A DNA stretch of 32,000 nt from Zestosphaera tikiterensis (lineage in GTDB: Archaea > Thermoproteota > Thermoprotei_A > Sulfolobales > NBVN01). Location: positions 150,001 to 182,000 of the forward strand of contig NBVN01000002.1 in the NCBI GenBank assembly GCA_003056265.1. The letters run 5' to 3'. Position numbers and translations under genes: made by a program. How positions within the stretch are numbered: position 1 is the stretch's first letter; each line of letters starts with the position of its first letter. Of the stretch, positions 1 through 9,631 are shown piece by piece. The notes beneath the pieces were generated by a model that did no database searches, was not told the origin of the DNA, and worked only from the letters and a program-made list of their open reading frames with translations.

Positions 1-2
1 AG

Positions 3-1658
3 ATAGCTACGCCTATATATGTAGATCCTCATCAGCTTAAGGGCTATAGTAGAGGTAGGCTAGCTGATAAACCATACATGAATTATCCAAACCCGTGGAA
101 AGGCGGTTGGTGGAGGCTTTCAGACATAGTTAAACAGCAAATTGAGTCTTCCTTAGCTATATTAACGCTTGCTGCGAAACATAAAGGAGAGCTACTCAAG
201 AACTCTTACTTGAAAGCCCTAAGGAGCATTATCAAAGGGAGAGAAAATCAACCCTACGCCTTCTTAATACCTAATGAACAGCACGACCCTCTAACAGCTC
301 TAAAGCTGATAGACCTACTTCTTAAGTTGGGGGTTAAAGTCTTCAAAGCTACGCAGCAAGTTAAAGTAGGTGTTGCGACTTATGACGCAGGATGCTTTAT
401 CATACCGTTATCTCAACCTAGACGGGCTTTAATAAGGAAGCTGTTGGAGCGGTTCCTATATCCAGATGATGAAACTACGAGAGATAGGGATGGTAAGCCT
501 TTAAGGCCGTATGATATAGCTACCGATACAGTATCTGAGTTTATGGGCGTTAATGTCATTAGAGTTGATGAACCTCTAGAGAACGTTATGGTAGAGCCTA
601 TAGCATACGTGTCTTTACCTGAGGTTAAATTAAATGAAAACGCTCGTGGATATCTTCTTGATCCAAGACTTAACGATACCTACGCAGTAGTTAATAAACT
701 CTTAAGCTTAGGTATCCAAGTATATCGACTATTCGATAAAGTAAGCGTTAACGGAGCTAAACTGCCTGAAGGGGCTTTCTATATAGAAAAAACCAATGAA
801 GCTCTGCAGGCGTTGCGTGAGGTGGCAAAGCCTTTAGGAGTTCAACCAATATCCGTTACGGAAAGCCTGAACGCAAACGTTAGGGAAGTTACCGTAGCTA
901 AGGTAGGTATTTATCAAAGATTTTACGGAGGTAATATGGAAGAGGGTTGGATTAGATTCTTGCTAGATAAGTATGGTTTTCCATACATCTCTGTGAAAGA
1001 CGACTTAGTGAAAAGCGGTAAGATATCCGAAGAGCTTGACGTACTGCTTTTCCCCAACGATTTACTTCCATACATAACAGGCGAGAATATAGAGGAGGAG
1101 TTGAGTAAGAGGTTAGCTAGGCCTGTGAAATTACCTCCATGGCCTCCAGAATTTAAGAGTGGAATAGGTAGGGAAGGGCTGGATAAGGTAAGGGAGTTCG
1201 TCGAGAAAGGCGGTACTTTAGTGACTATGGGGGAGTCCGTTGAGTTAGCGATTAAAGCTTTAAACCTACCCGTAAGGGATCTTACAGAAGACTTAAAAGA
1301 TCCTAAGCAATACTTCTGCCCCGGCTCGACCTTAAAGATATTAGTGGATACTAAGCATCGGTTGGGTTTAGGCATGCCAGCTCAAGCGCTAGCTATGTTC
1401 ATTGACAAACCGATCCTTGAAGTGATTCCCTCATACCTAAATGAGAAGTTTAAAGTTGTAGCCAGATTCCCAGAGAAAGACATACTCCAGAGCGGATGGT
1501 TAATAGGTGAGAATTTCCTAAGTAGGAAACCAGCAGTTTTAGAAGCAGAAGTTAATAAAGGAAAAGCCGTTATGTACGCTATAAGGCCAGTATTCAGAGC
1601 GCAGACACATGGAACGTTTAAACTACTATTTAACGCGCTTTATAAATACAAATCCTAA
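3..1658 (+). CDS. 5'-truncated large protein. It resembles the C-terminal non-catalytic part of M14 carboxypeptidase-family proteins, but the family call is tentative.
   Basis: Frame 3 has no stop between position 3 and the listed ATG at 78, so the gene begins left of the window. The ORF is uninterrupted to TAA at 1656-1658. The antisense ORF 923..1375 is a shadow. Confidence 0.55.
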   Translation: MATPIYVDPHQLKGYSRGRLADKPYMNYPNPWKGGWWRLSDIVKQQIESSLAILTLAAKHKGELLKNSYLKALRSIIKGRENQPYAFLIPNEQHDPLTALKLIDLLLKLGVKVFKATQQVKVGVATYDAGCFIIPLSQPRRALIRKLLERFLYPDDETTRDRDGKPLRPYDIATDTVSEFMGVNVIRVDEPLENVMVEPIAYVSLPEVKLNENARGYLLDPRLNDTYAVVNKLLSLGIQVYRLFDKVSVNGAKLPEGAFYIEKTNEALQALREVAKPLGVQPISVTESLNANVREVTVAKVGIYQRFYGGNMEEGWIRFLLDKYGFPYISVKDDLVKSGKISEELDVLLFPNDLLPYITGENIEEELSKRLARPVKLPPWPPEFKSGIGREGLDKVREFVEKGGTLVTMGESVELAIKALNLPVRDLTEDLKDPKQYFCPGSTLKILVDTKHRLGLGMPAQALAMFIDKPILEVIPSYLNEKFKVVARFPEKDILQSGWLIGENFLSRKPAVLEAEVNKGKAVMYAIRPVFRAQTHGTFKLLFNALYKYKS

Positions 1659-2102
1659 ACTCTTAAATAAATAGGTTGGGATGTGAACGATACATCAATA
1701 ACTGGAACTGGTATGTTGAAGGTTTTTAACTGACGATAAAAATCTTAGAACGTCTGAAGCTGTGGTTAAAGTTCTTTTAATAGAATCTATAGCTAGACGA
1801 TGGGCTTATGCCCGTAAGCGTATGTTCAAGTCCTTACTTAGGAGATAAAGAAAGAGCATCATGAGCGTTTGTTAAGACATTAGATGCTTCATCTTAGAAA
1901 GCGTCTGAGCATAATACACTGATATTTGTTGAGAGTTTCGAGGCTCTGTGAGCTTTGAAGCAAGGTCAGAAGAGGACCAACATACATTGGAAGTCATCAT
2001 GCATCTAAGTCCGTACTTATGAGTGGTTTCCAGAGTTCTTAAGTAGTGAATATTAATAGATTTAACCTTCCCACAGCTCTAGCAGTGAGTGTTGTGAGTT
2101 AG

Positions 2103-2792
2103 TTAAAGCATGTGCTTGCAAGTTTTTTCGTATTCTTCACGTAGTTTTCTCTCGATAACATCTCCTTTAGGAGCTAATTCTTTAAAGGTTTTTGTCCTAT
2201 ACCTATATACTTTGACTTTCTTGTTTAACCAACAATCCGGTTCCATCCCAGCCTTTAAGCAGGTCTCAGCTAGGAACGTTTCGTTATCCCAGCAGTACTC
2301 AACGGGAACTTCAGGCAAAAGTATGCCGTGGTAAAATCCATACTCAATCATGAGGCCGTCCCTCCCTATGTATATAGACTTAACCCTCAACTCCGGTTCA
2401 TCAGCTAGTTTCTCCATCTTAGATAATATTGAAACCTCAAATATGACTTCATCTAATTCTTCATGTCTTAACGGTGTAAATCTGGGATCTTCTGTAGCGG
2501 CTGCGATGGCTGCGTGTATTACATTACTTACTAAAGGCTCTACAGGTTTTACATAACCTATGCATCCCCTTAAATCCAGCTTTTCATCATCAACACGTTT
2601 AAGTATGGTGACGAAGGAGGCACCTAATCTATATAGCTTAATAGGCGTGTCTTCAGGCGGTTCTATCACAACACCATTAACTAAGTAGTTCTCTACAGCT
2701 TTTCTAGCTAACTTAACTAGGAATGTCCCTTCAGGGAGGTTTACGTCTTCAGGATCTACGTATTGAGTTTCAAAATCTTTACTGTTTTCCAT
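2103..2792 (-). CDS. AMMECR1 domain protein
   Basis: 229 aa with the LRGCIGY core motif typical of AMMECR1. It overlaps the upstream gene by 14 nt, which suggests an operon. Confidence 0.8.
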   Translation of the reverse strand: MENSKDFETQYVDPEDVNLPEGTFLVKLARKAVENYLVNGVVIEPPEDTPIKLYRLGASFVTILKRVDDEKLDLRGCIGYVKPVEPLVSNVIHAAIAAATEDPRFTPLRHEELDEVIFEVSILSKMEKLADEPELRVKSIYIGRDGLMIEYGFYHGILLPEVPVEYCWDNETFLAETCLKAGMEPDCWLNKKVKVYRYRTKTFKELAPKGDVIERKLREEYEKTCKHML

Positions 2793-3303
2793 TAGACGTT
2801 AACCCCGCTTTAAGTCTTAAGGCTTCATCGAGAGTTTCGCTTATGGTTTTCCAGTGATTGCCTTGCCAGTATATCTTCCTACATTTAGGGCATCGCCAAA
2901 AATCTTCATACTTAACCCCTAAGTCTTTAGGAAGTAGCGAAAGCGCTTCTGCTTTATTCATTCTCTCAAGTAGGGTATTGCATTTAGGGCATCTCGTATT
3001 TGAAGGATTAAACTTAAGTTCCACACCAACCTCGAGAGATAGTTGAGCCAGCATTTTCGAGACGTCATCGGTAGATATTAAAACGGCCTCCAACCCCTTC
3101 TTCCTCGCTTTCCTAAAGAGACCCACATCTCGCGTAACTATAATACGGCTTGATTTCTCAGCCACCCTAAGGATGCGCCAATCCTCAGCCTTCCTCGAAT
3201 AAAGAGTATCGTAACCTAACATCCTCAACCAACGCGCGAGATTCCCCAACATAGCATCAACAACAAACTTCATTAAACCTCTCAACCCACAATTACAAGA
3301 CAT
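2779..3303 (-). CDS. Mut7-C / DUF82 PIN-like RNase domain protein with a C-terminal zinc ribbon
   Basis: The N-terminus FVVDAMLGNLARWLRMLGYDT is the DUF82/Mut7-C signature. The C-terminus has CPKCN...CPKC (a 4-Cys ribbon). Confidence 0.75.
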   Translation of the reverse strand: MSCNCGLRGLMKFVVDAMLGNLARWLRMLGYDTLYSRKAEDWRILRVAEKSSRIIVTRDVGLFRKARKKGLEAVLISTDDVSKMLAQLSLEVGVELKFNPSNTRCPKCNTLLERMNKAEALSLLPKDLGVKYEDFWRCPKCRKIYWQGNHWKTISETLDEALRLKAGLTSNGKQ

Positions 3304-3462
3304 TATAAGAAAGATAATAAAGCTTATCCGTTACAATTCAAGCACATCACGCTAAGGTTAACTAAAGCAAACTAGCTTAAGACCTAAACCTCTCTTAATA
3401 CCCTCACTTAATTTAGTTAATAAAGGAAAGTTTTTAATTTATGAAACTAAATCCCTCTTGAG

Positions 3463-6400
3463 GTGTTTGCCTTGATAAGGCAAGCCTACGCGTTCTTCCT
3501 GCTGACCGCTATAGCTTTAGCTTTACTACCGACTTTAAGTATGTTTCACGCGGAGGTTTTAACTGAGTATAAGCTAGTTAGAACTCCTGAAGATGTTTAC
3601 TCAGGGCAACCCGTACTTATCTTTGCCTACGTCCCCAGCGGTGGAGACGTTGAGTTAGAGGTGTCGATATCTCTTGAGGCTAAAGTAGGAGCTCGTGAAT
3701 ATACACCTTCACCTGTAGTGCATAGAGTTCCTATGATTCCTATCCCATGGGCTAGTGGGTGGTATGTAGTTCAGATACCTGGGTTGCCTGCGAAGAGCTG
3801 GAGCTTTCAACAACTAGGGATTACAATAGGGATTACCGTAGCTAGTAAAGTTACGTATAAGCTAGTTGTGGATGGAGCTGTAGTTGCGTTTGACAGCTAT
3901 GTCGTTAAGGAAGGGGAGATATCTAAATATATGCCGCCGTTTACTTACGCATTTATCTACGACGTCCTTAAAGACCCAAGTATCGTAAGTGAGACGCTTG
4001 GTTTAGGTCCTCACGGCTGGGTTGTCGGAGGTGGTGAAAACGTCAAGATCATGGTGTTAGCTTTCGATGAGAAGTCTCAACCAACGCTGAGGTTTGAGTA
4101 TAGGGTGGGTGGAGCGTCTTGGGCTGAAGTTTCGGTTGGTGACAGTCCCTTCATGGAGAAGTTGAACTCCTTAGTAAGCTATGTCAACACAGCTCTTAAG
4201 TCTGTGGAGAATTGGGTTAAGCAGTTCTATAAAGACATAACCATCCCAGAACCTAAGCTAACGATTAAAATAGCTGAAGCAGTCATACCGCCTCAAAACT
4301 TCGGTACATACGTTATGTTTAAAGCTACCGCTAAAGACGTCGATGGAAACACCATGACTTCACCCACAGGTTTTTACTACGTAGTTAATAAAGTAAGTAC
4401 TACGAAGGTTTTAATAGTAGATCCACATGTGTGGTTATGGCTTCTTAAAGAAAACGTTAATCAAGTGTTTAACACGTCTAAACACATCGTTAGTTATGAA
4501 ATCCCTGAAGACGTTATAGCGCCGTTAAGATATGTTTGGAATGTTTCAAAAACTATAGTTAACTATGGGTTAGTACTATTCCACCACTGGGAGTACTTAG
4601 GTAAGTACTACAACATATACATATCCTGGCCGAATAGGGATGTAGCTACGATACTCAACACGTTTAAACCGAACGTGATCATCTTAAGTAGCTTAGGTCT
4701 TGGCTTGAAGGATGGGGGGTTATGGAATTGGGATTTAAGAGATGTTAAAGTTGATGGGGGAAGCCTATTAGATCGCTTAACATCATACGTTAAAGAAAAC
4801 CACGCTGGGTTAATAGCTACACACGCTACACTCAGCGATGAGATCCTGTGGACTAGTTGCGAAGATAGAGTTAAGGTGGGGACTAGAGGGCATGTAGGCT
4901 ACGACCTAACAGACGTTAACATATTAAGTGAGTCTACAGTGGCAGCACTTCTTGGAATGCCTGAGTTAGCTTTATGGGAGTATGTAAGGGATGCCGTTGC
5001 TAAAGCTTTATGTAGCTACCCGCAAACACAGCCTATAGGGATGCTCGTCGGCTCCACCCCCCTTCAAATACCGCACGTGCCTTGGGATGGGGTTTTAAAG
5101 CTTACTTTAGAAGCTGGAGGGCTTGGGTGGGACTTACCGCAGGAGTTTACTGTAGAGATGCCGACGTTAGCTAGAGAGTATGGCTTTAAAGCATATACTG
5201 AAGTTGGTTGGCAGCTCGCACTACCTAGGGCGTTAGCTTACGTAGCGTGGGATTCAGCCTCTAAAGCTGGAGCGGAATTCACCATAGTTAAGGATAGGGT
5301 TGCTTCACTATACAACAACATCACTAAGGGCGTTGTTAAAACGCCTGAGTTAAGTATGTACTTAGATAAAGCCCTCGATCATGTTATAGGGGATTTCTAT
5401 AAGGCGTTAAACTCAGCAAGAATTAGAGGTACTGCTTTAAATATGTCAATAGCTATTGCTGAGGTCGGTAAGCCCCTCAACATATCTGTAGACGTCGGTA
5501 AGGAAGCGTTGATTAACTTAATGCAGAAAATGCCCGTTAAGATAGTTGCGTTATCACCTAAAGGATTGGCTGGCGTTATTACTTACGATAAGTTCTGGGA
5601 TTCTAACGGCTATAGAGCCGTGTACTTCAGTTTTGAAGTGGAGGCTGCTGAAGGTGAGGTAGTTGAGAAGCTCTTAATCAACTCTGTTGAATGGGTGAGG
5701 AAGTGGCGGTATTTAGATATTACGGAACTTTTAGGAGGTCTCGTGAGAATACCTAAGGATACAGCATCTAGGTTTAAAGAAGTTGTAGCTAACGCTCCAG
5801 GGAAGGAGTTACTCTCCAACGGGTTAATGCTTAACGAGGAAGGCGGTGCGGAAGTAAAGCTGGATTTAACGCCTGGAAGGCTATACCTAGTTATAGCACA
5901 CCCAACAAGCGACGTCTCCGTAGGAGTTGCTGAAGGACCGGCTAAAATCGTTAACATAACTAAGACCGACAACCACATAACGCAAGTAGCTATAGAGGTT
6001 GAAGGCTATGGAAGTGTAGTGATATCGTTGAAAGCAGGGTCTGAAGCGTCGTTAAACCCAGCATACTTAACAGCGAAGTTCGAGTCCTACCCAACCTTAA
6101 CAGAAACAACTACAGCAACCACCGTTACAACTACAGTAACTGTAACTAAAACAACAACAGTAACGATTACGGAAGTTAAAACAACAGCAGCTCCCGCAAC
6201 TACAGTTACTGAAACTAAAACAACTACAGTACCTACAACTATAACTACTGTAAGACCTACTACAGTAGTTACTACTGAGGTGAAGACGTTAACAACAACT
6301 ACAGCGATACCTATCACAATAGTTCAAACACAAACATTAACACAAACCACAACAACACAAACAACAATAACAATAACAACACCAAAAACAGAAACAACAA

Positions 6401-6501
6401 CAGCAACACAAACAATAACAGACTGGACAACAACAGGAATAGTAGCTGTAGTATTGTTGGTTATAGGTATAGCTTTAGGGTACTTCATAAAACGAAAGTA
6501 A
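3463..6501 (+). CDS. Large secreted, membrane-anchored surface protein (probable glycoprotein), function unknown
   Basis: 1012 aa. It has a hydrophobic N-terminal signal-like segment, a ~115-aa Thr/Val-rich stalk, then a single C-terminal TM helix ending in KRK. GAGGTG at 3460-3465 suggests the true start may be the in-frame TTG at 3472. Confidence 0.7.
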   Translation: MFALIRQAYAFFLLTAIALALLPTLSMFHAEVLTEYKLVRTPEDVYSGQPVLIFAYVPSGGDVELEVSISLEAKVGAREYTPSPVVHRVPMIPIPWASGWYVVQIPGLPAKSWSFQQLGITIGITVASKVTYKLVVDGAVVAFDSYVVKEGEISKYMPPFTYAFIYDVLKDPSIVSETLGLGPHGWVVGGGENVKIMVLAFDEKSQPTLRFEYRVGGASWAEVSVGDSPFMEKLNSLVSYVNTALKSVENWVKQFYKDITIPEPKLTIKIAEAVIPPQNFGTYVMFKATAKDVDGNTMTSPTGFYYVVNKVSTTKVLIVDPHVWLWLLKENVNQVFNTSKHIVSYEIPEDVIAPLRYVWNVSKTIVNYGLVLFHHWEYLGKYYNIYISWPNRDVATILNTFKPNVIILSSLGLGLKDGGLWNWDLRDVKVDGGSLLDRLTSYVKENHAGLIATHATLSDEILWTSCEDRVKVGTRGHVGYDLTDVNILSESTVAALLGMPELALWEYVRDAVAKALCSYPQTQPIGMLVGSTPLQIPHVPWDGVLKLTLEAGGLGWDLPQEFTVEMPTLAREYGFKAYTEVGWQLALPRALAYVAWDSASKAGAEFTIVKDRVASLYNNITKGVVKTPELSMYLDKALDHVIGDFYKALNSARIRGTALNMSIAIAEVGKPLNISVDVGKEALINLMQKMPVKIVALSPKGLAGVITYDKFWDSNGYRAVYFSFEVEAAEGEVVEKLLINSVEWVRKWRYLDITELLGGLVRIPKDTASRFKEVVANAPGKELLSNGLMLNEEGGAEVKLDLTPGRLYLVIAHPTSDVSVGVAEGPAKIVNITKTDNHITQVAIEVEGYGSVVISLKAGSEASLNPAYLTAKFESYPTLTETTTATTVTTTVTVTKTTTVTITEVKTTAAPATTVTETKTTTVPTTITTVRPTTVVTTEVKTLTTTTAIPITIVQTQTLTQTTTTQTTITITTPKTETTTATQTITDWTTTGIVAVVLLVIGIALGYFIKRK
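6094..6437 (+). repeat. Low-complexity ACN-codon (Thr-rich) tract encoding the stalk of the surface protein
   Basis: Runs of aca/act/acc/gta/gtt codons, for example acaacaacacaaacaacaataacaataacaacacc. The antisense ORF 6087..6317 is an artefact of this tract. Confidence 0.85.
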
Positions 6502-6512
6502 TTTTTCTCTGA
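6502..6512 (+). terminator. Oligo-T tract immediately after the surface-protein stop
   Basis: The sequence is taa-tttttctct. Archaeal termination typically uses T-runs. Confidence 0.35.
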
Positions 6513-7388
6513 AACAAGCCTAAGATATTTAATGTTTTAATATAGCTTAAGATCCCAGCCATAGCTTCCCTCATAAATAAAAGCTCTTAAAGACTCCCTC
6601 ACTTCAAATACCCTCATCTCTCTAAACTAGTAGAACTACTCACGATATTCGATATTATAATTATAGTAAAAGATTGGCTTCGGACGGGATCTTTCTAGGT
6701 AGTCTTAAACCTAAAAGAAGAAATGTTTCATCCCTAGATAATCTATTCCCTAAAGTTGAGGAAGTAGCAAAACTCCCCTCCGAAACGTAAAAATAGACGT
6801 ACCTAGCACCCGCTGAAGCTCCTAAAAGCCGTGGGCTCCAGCTATAGGGTTTAAGTATGGATTTAACCTTTCTCGCACTCTTTACAAAGAAAGTGATTTA
6901 AAGCCTAATGAGGGAACTCAATATAACCCATACTAGAAACTAGAAAATCTACGCAGAGTTTGGACTAGTCTAAACTTTCTTTAAGGCTGTGTTGCTTAAG
7001 TAGGCGTTAGCTTCTAGCGTAGTTTCAAGCGTGAAGGTAAGCATACGCTCTGCTTAAGTGTAAATTTACACTCACAAAGGAATTAGCTTTTCAGGTATCT
7101 CTAATACCTCATAAAATCTAATCCCTGCGTGAATCAGCTTCTCTAGGCTTACCCCTGGAAATCTACTTTCAGGGACTAACCTCAATTAGGTTCTTCAATC
7201 CCTTTATCGTGAATTAGATCTTCTAAGGGATTAGCTTTCCTAGGGGGTTATCGAGGACTAGACCTCTTGGGTTCTAGGATCTTAGGAGTGAGGCAGTAAG
7301 AAAAAGTTCAATGTTCTTAATGAAGTTGAATTAAAAGAATCGTTATGCAGAATTGGAAGCAATTGAGTTAATGCGATGACCTAGTTGC

Positions 7389-8546
7389 TTACTTTTTCTC
7401 TAATTGTAGTAGGATTGGGATTGTTGCTAGGAATAGTATTAGGCTTGTTAGGTATGGTAGTGTTGGGTGTAGTGTTGCTAGTAGCCCAGCTGTGAGGGGT
7501 GCTATGAGGCCTATTATTCTCTCAAAACTCGATACCCCAGCTAGTATGCTGCTCGCTTTATCGCTTGGTATCTTGCTAAATATCCATGATCTGTAGAAGG
7601 GTAGTGATAGGGTATTGCCAAACTCAGCCATGATGTTAGCTGCTAGTATAGCGTAGAAGTTGGGGATTAGAAACATTATCAAAGCCCACAACGTTCTCAA
7701 TACAAAGTATAGGGATATGACCTTGAATCTATGCCTAGGGTGTATACGCTCAGATAGGTGTGTCGCAGGTAGCGATGCTAGAGTTGATAAAGCTACTACA
7801 AGCATTATCTGAAAGAAAGACATCTTGAGATCTATCATCATGTAGTTTATTAAGACTATCTCAGGTGCTAGATATAGCGCAAGAATCTCCAGAGCCTCTA
7901 TAGCGAGTATAGCCCTGAACTCTCTATCGAACCTAAAGGTAAATACGTCGCCTATCCTCTCCCCAACATCAAGTCTAGGCAGGTACTTAACCAAGTACGT
8001 AACCGTGAATATTGAGGAGCCCCCTATAGCTATAAAGCCAATTGCATAGTGTATTGGCTTAGGGAATAGTACGCCAAAGATGTATCCTAACACAATGAAG
8101 CTTATAGCCTCGCTCAGCAACGGTAATCTCATATGCCATGCATACACTTCCTCAAGCCTATCCTTAGGGTAGAGTAGCTTCTCAGCAGCTTGATACAGTG
8201 GGTAGAAGACCCTAGAGATCTTACCCACGAGTAGACCTAGAGAAATCATTAGAGGCCCTAGAAAGCTGTACGACAACCCGTAGAGAACGTTCTCCACACT
8301 ATCCAACGCATCTATCAGGATAAGGCCGTGCCTAATCGCTACTCTATCAAACAGCTTACCGATGAAGTAGGTTAAGGGAACCGATAGAATGTTTATGACA
8401 GTAAAGAGTAGCCCTATCTCAAGTATAGAGTAGCCAGTCATGAGCATGTACGCTGGCAACATATACCAAGTAATGAGGAGAGGAGATATGATCGTGTGGT
8501 AGATTATATACCTACGAACACCTACAGGTATATCCCTCCACCTCAA
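7389..8546 (-). CDS. MFS-type transporter
   Basis: 385 aa and hydrophobic throughout, with about 10-12 TM segments. It carries the MFS motif-A-like loop GKLFDRVAIRHG between early helices. Confidence 0.7.
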   Translation of the reverse strand: MRWRDIPVGVRRYIIYHTIISPLLITWYMLPAYMLMTGYSILEIGLLFTVINILSVPLTYFIGKLFDRVAIRHGLILIDALDSVENVLYGLSYSFLGPLMISLGLLVGKISRVFYPLYQAAEKLLYPKDRLEEVYAWHMRLPLLSEAISFIVLGYIFGVLFPKPIHYAIGFIAIGGSSIFTVTYLVKYLPRLDVGERIGDVFTFRFDREFRAILAIEALEILALYLAPEIVLINYMMIDLKMSFFQIMLVVALSTLASLPATHLSERIHPRHRFKVISLYFVLRTLWALIMFLIPNFYAILAANIMAEFGNTLSLPFYRSWIFSKIPSDKASSILAGVSSFERIIGLIAPLTAGLLATLHPTLPYLTSLILFLATIPILLQLEKK

Positions 8547-9049
8547 AGTTCATCACCATGACCGTTCGAAATTAAGGGCTATCCCTACTATGCCTTTTCT
8601 ATCTAGATCTAGCAATATAGTGAAACAGAAACCTTAATAAGCCTCGATAAGCTAAGCAAAGTGAATTGAAGAAAACGTATTGAAACTTTCTCTCCTTTTA
8701 ATACCTGTAAAACCGTATATCCTAGTATATCCGTTAGAGTATCTATAACCACTTAAAGGACACCATTAATAACTATTGTAGAATTTCTTTAAGTTTCACA
8801 CGCCACTAAGCAATTAACTATATCTTTGTTAGCGTCAATTATACATCTAGTGAAGCAAAACATATAAAGTTCGTAGTTAATGTCATATGCAGACGTGGTA
8901 GTTGTGGTTAAGTATGCTAATGCCCTATATCTTTATGCAACAATGGATTTAAAGAAAGTAACAGAAACCTTAGGTATACTATATATCCTTACCCTAAGAA
9001 CGAGCTTTAACGACGGTAATGGTTGATTTACGCGTTACTTACTTCTCTT

Positions 9050-9631
9050 TTAAGTTTTTAGTAGGGCGTTCCAATTGTCTTCGTATTTAGATTTTTCTTT
9101 TGTGCTTATTCTAAATTTTCTCATGCCTTTACATTCCTCGTCTACTCTTTTAATGTATTCTTCTAACGTTAGCTCTTTACCTTTATAGCTGATTTTATTT
9201 GTTCCTTTTTTCTTCATGGCTTCTCTAGCTTTATCCTCTCTATGCCTTAGATAGCGTTTATGTTCTTCTTTGACGTATTCAGCTACTTCTTTACTTGGAA
9301 CTATGAAAAACCTGGGGAGTTCGTTGACTCTCCTAAGTAGGACGAAGCAGTAGAATAGGTTAGGATCCACTATATTTTCGTGTTTTTCATGCATTATCCA
9401 CTCGTAGTTTTCACCGAAAAGCTTTGACTTCTTTTTAGCGGTTTCTTCTTGGGTTGTTTTAACTTCAATAATAACCCTCCTACCTGTTTCTGGATGATAA
9501 ACAAGAATATCAACGTGTTTCGTCTTCCCTAAGGTCGGCGTAGCTACGAAACCGCGCTGAAATAGCTGAGCAACCACGTAAAACTCACCTGCCAATGATA
9601 TCATCTCGCTATCTACCTTCTTTTCATTCAA
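9050..9631 (-). CDS. PD-(D/E)xK nuclease-fold protein with a Lys/Glu-rich C-terminal tail, function unknown
   Basis: The triad pattern is E16 ... D41(ILVY) ... E56-V-K58 in beta-strand-like context (HVDILVY / VIIEVKT). The gene and flanks are about 23-32% G+C in the lines I counted. Confidence 0.5.
   Translation of the reverse strand: MNEKKVDSEMISLAGEFYVVAQLFQRGFVATPTLGKTKHVDILVYHPETGRRVIIEVKTTQEETAKKKSKLFGENYEWIMHEKHENIVDPNLFYCFVLLRRVNELPRFFIVPSKEVAEYVKEEHKRYLRHREDKAREAMKKKGTNKISYKGKELTLEEYIKRVDEECKGMRKFRISTKEKSKYEDNWNALLKT

Noticed and set aside
923-1375. Antisense or overlapping ORFs inside longer genes. This one, plus 2110..2334, 2350..2556, 2858..3046, 5610..5978, 6087..6317, 12437..12721, 12543..12848, 13128..13781, 13772..14068, 14746..14970, 16753..16983, 17470..17685 and 24736..25047.
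   Set aside because: Each lies wholly within a longer ORF on the opposite strand that has recognisable motifs. Their sequences are low-complexity (Ser/Leu/Thr/Pro-rich), which is typical of shadow frames.
2103-2792. AMMECR1 as part of an AmmeMemoRadiSam three-gene system with the radical SAM gene at 22429..23598
   Set aside because: The genes are about 20 kb apart, no MEMO1-like gene is present, and the radical SAM protein looks PflX-like. There is no linkage evidence in this window.
7118-7245. Possible degenerate CRISPR array (repeated AATCCCT..GTGAAT.AG..CTTCT units)
   Set aside because: Only two longer copies exist, and they are imperfect with indels and irregular spacing (about 78 nt, then overlapping short copies). 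There is no regular repeat-spacer periodicity and no cas genes are nearby.
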